DNA of 64,000 nucleotides from Paecilomyces variotii (Eukaryota): NCBI GenBank assembly GCA_004022145.1, contig RCNU01000008.1; one strand, 5' to 3'. Shown piece by piece: positions 62,648 to 64,000 of this stretch (position 1 is its first letter; each line of letters starts with the position of its first letter). The notes under the pieces were generated by a model. It saw only the letters and a program-made list of their open reading frames with translations, ran no database searches and was not told where the DNA came from. The position numbers and the translations under genes were made by a program.

Positions 62648-63661
62648 CTAGTTAGCCCCAAAATCCGGCAGACTGTTCTCGACATCCATCGCATCCTTGA
62701 TCCCATCCGCAATCGACTTCGCTTCATCTTCACTGAGTCTCCGCAGCGGCCGTCGCGCATAGCCACCGTAACCGTAGTAACTCTGAATAGCACTCTTCGT
62801 GCCGGGAATGGCCGATTTCGTGAGCACCCAGTCTCCCGCACTCAGCAACTTCTGAAGCTCGACGGCCTCTGCGATCTTCCCCTCACTCCAGAGATTAAAC
62901 ACCTGCACGCACAACCGGGGAAGGACATTAGCACCGCCCGCAATAATAGCTGAACCGCCCGAAACGAGCGTCTGAAGCGTGAAATCCGCCATGCCGCCAA
63001 ACGCCACGTAGGGATGATTATTCTCCGCTGACGTCGTGTCCGTGTTGTCCACGAGCGGAGAGGGAGGAACGATAGCATTCAATGCCCGCGCTACCCTCGT
63101 CAACTTGCCCGTATTGGCACAGGTGAATTTCGTCCCGACTATATTCGGATGTTGCGAAATCCGAATAATCAAGTCTGAATCCATATCTATCCCCGCTACT
63201 GCGCCGGGGTAATTATATAGAATCACAGGCAGGGGAGACCCGTCCGCTACGCCGGTGAAGTATTCATATAGCGAATCATCATTCCCCACCGCCGTGCGGT
63301 AATAGCTCGGCGGCACGATGAGGACGTACTCTCCGCCTGCGTCGGCGGATTCCTTGCACAGCTCGATTGTGCCGCGGATGCTTTGCTCGCTGGCCCCGAC
63401 GATGACGGGTATGTTGTGGAAGCCGGCTTCGTCGAGCGCAGAGCGCGTCTCGCGCGTTACTGTCTTGCGCTCTTCGCGGGTTAAGTGGACGGCTTCGCCG
63501 TTGGAGCCCTGGGTGACGAGACCGGCGAGGCCGGCTTTGGCGAGGCGGACGGCGTGTTTGCGGATGGAGGGGATGTCGAGGTCTTCGGTGTCCGGGTTGA
63601 AGAAGGTTACGGTGGGAGCGTAGACTCCGGGGCGAAGAGGAGTTCGCGGTTTGTTGGTCAT
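62648..63661 (-). CDS. gaaC: L-threo-3-deoxy-hexulosonate aldolase (DHDPS family; D-galacturonate catabolism)
   Basis: PLRPGVYAPT, GSNGEAVHL, LYNYPGAVAGIDMDSDLI, HPNIVGTKFTCANTGKL, KSAIQSYYGYGG. Closely matches Aspergillus GaaC as I recall it. Confidence 0.92.
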   Translation of the reverse strand: MTNKPRTPLRPGVYAPTVTFFNPDTEDLDIPSIRKHAVRLAKAGLAGLVTQGSNGEAVHLTREERKTVTRETRSALDEAGFHNIPVIVGASEQSIRGTIELCKESADAGGEYVLIVPPSYYRTAVGNDDSLYEYFTGVADGSPLPVILYNYPGAVAGIDMDSDLIIRISQHPNIVGTKFTCANTGKLTRVARALNAIVPPSPLVDNTDTTSAENNHPYVAFGGMADFTLQTLVSGGSAIIAGGANVLPRLCVQVFNLWSEGKIAEAVELQKLLSAGDWVLTKSAIPGTKSAIQSYYGYGGYARRPLRRLSEDEAKSIADGIKDAMDVENSLPDFGAN

Positions 63662-64000
63662 GTTGGATTAGGAATTAGATGTTCTATTCTGAGCGTTAGC
63701 GATTCGATATCTGCTTATATGTGATCATACGACATATTGCCGCTCCTTCACCTACAGTAAGTAACTCTGTATGTTGGTATGATTTGAGGATGATAATCCA
63801 GGAGACAACGAAAGAAAATAAGACGGGAAATTGGGCGATTGATATTTAAATACAACGATATATTATGGCATATCGGGTCCCGGAACAACACCGTTCGCAT
63901 TGAGTAATAAGTATAGAGTACTCTATCTATCCTTACACTCAATATAACTTCAACCACCCCGCTTACATCCCACCGGAAGAGTCCTTCCTGACCAATCCTG

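Noticed and set aside
1-64000. tRNA, rRNA, snRNA genes and CRISPR arrays
   Set aside because: GTTCGA occurrences lack cloverleaf context. No rRNA or snRNA signatures and no repeat-spacer arrays were seen. The sequence is fungal.

Overview
This is eukaryotic DNA from a filamentous ascomycete, most likely Eurotiales (Aspergillus/Paecilomyces-like). The evidence is short GT..CTAAC/CTGAC..YAG introns and recognisable orthologues. About 17 intact genes are present: a Nam8/Csx1-like triple-RRM protein, a conserved hypothetical protein, a protein with three dsRBD-like repeats, an intronless TetX-like flavin monooxygenase, a divergent phosphoketolase/acetate kinase pair, Rab5 (Vps21-like), RPS7, dynactin p62, NDUFAF5, ARPC5, a PMC1-like Ca2+ ATPase, a Ser/Thr-rich membrane protein, EB1/Bim1, an F-box/WD40 protein, a small membrane protein, an NADP alcohol dehydrogenase and gaaC. 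Four signals are not explained by the ORF track. (1) A spliced transcription unit at about 29.2-31 kb whose first ORF is a 34-aa (or 24-aa) microprotein, MILRDLSATNMGRGAYDTTGVKKPGAPPPPPKRR. (2) A predicted 1.1-kb 5'-leader intron of the Nam8/Csx1-like gene that folds into two large nested RNA domains, one of which encloses the 5' splice site. (3) An internally deleted DUF3435 (Starship captain-type) recombinase relic at the left edge. (4) A heavily eroded NRPS A-T-C-A fossil filling the apparent 23.7-27.6 kb gene desert. All family calls come from motif recognition by eye; no searches were run.
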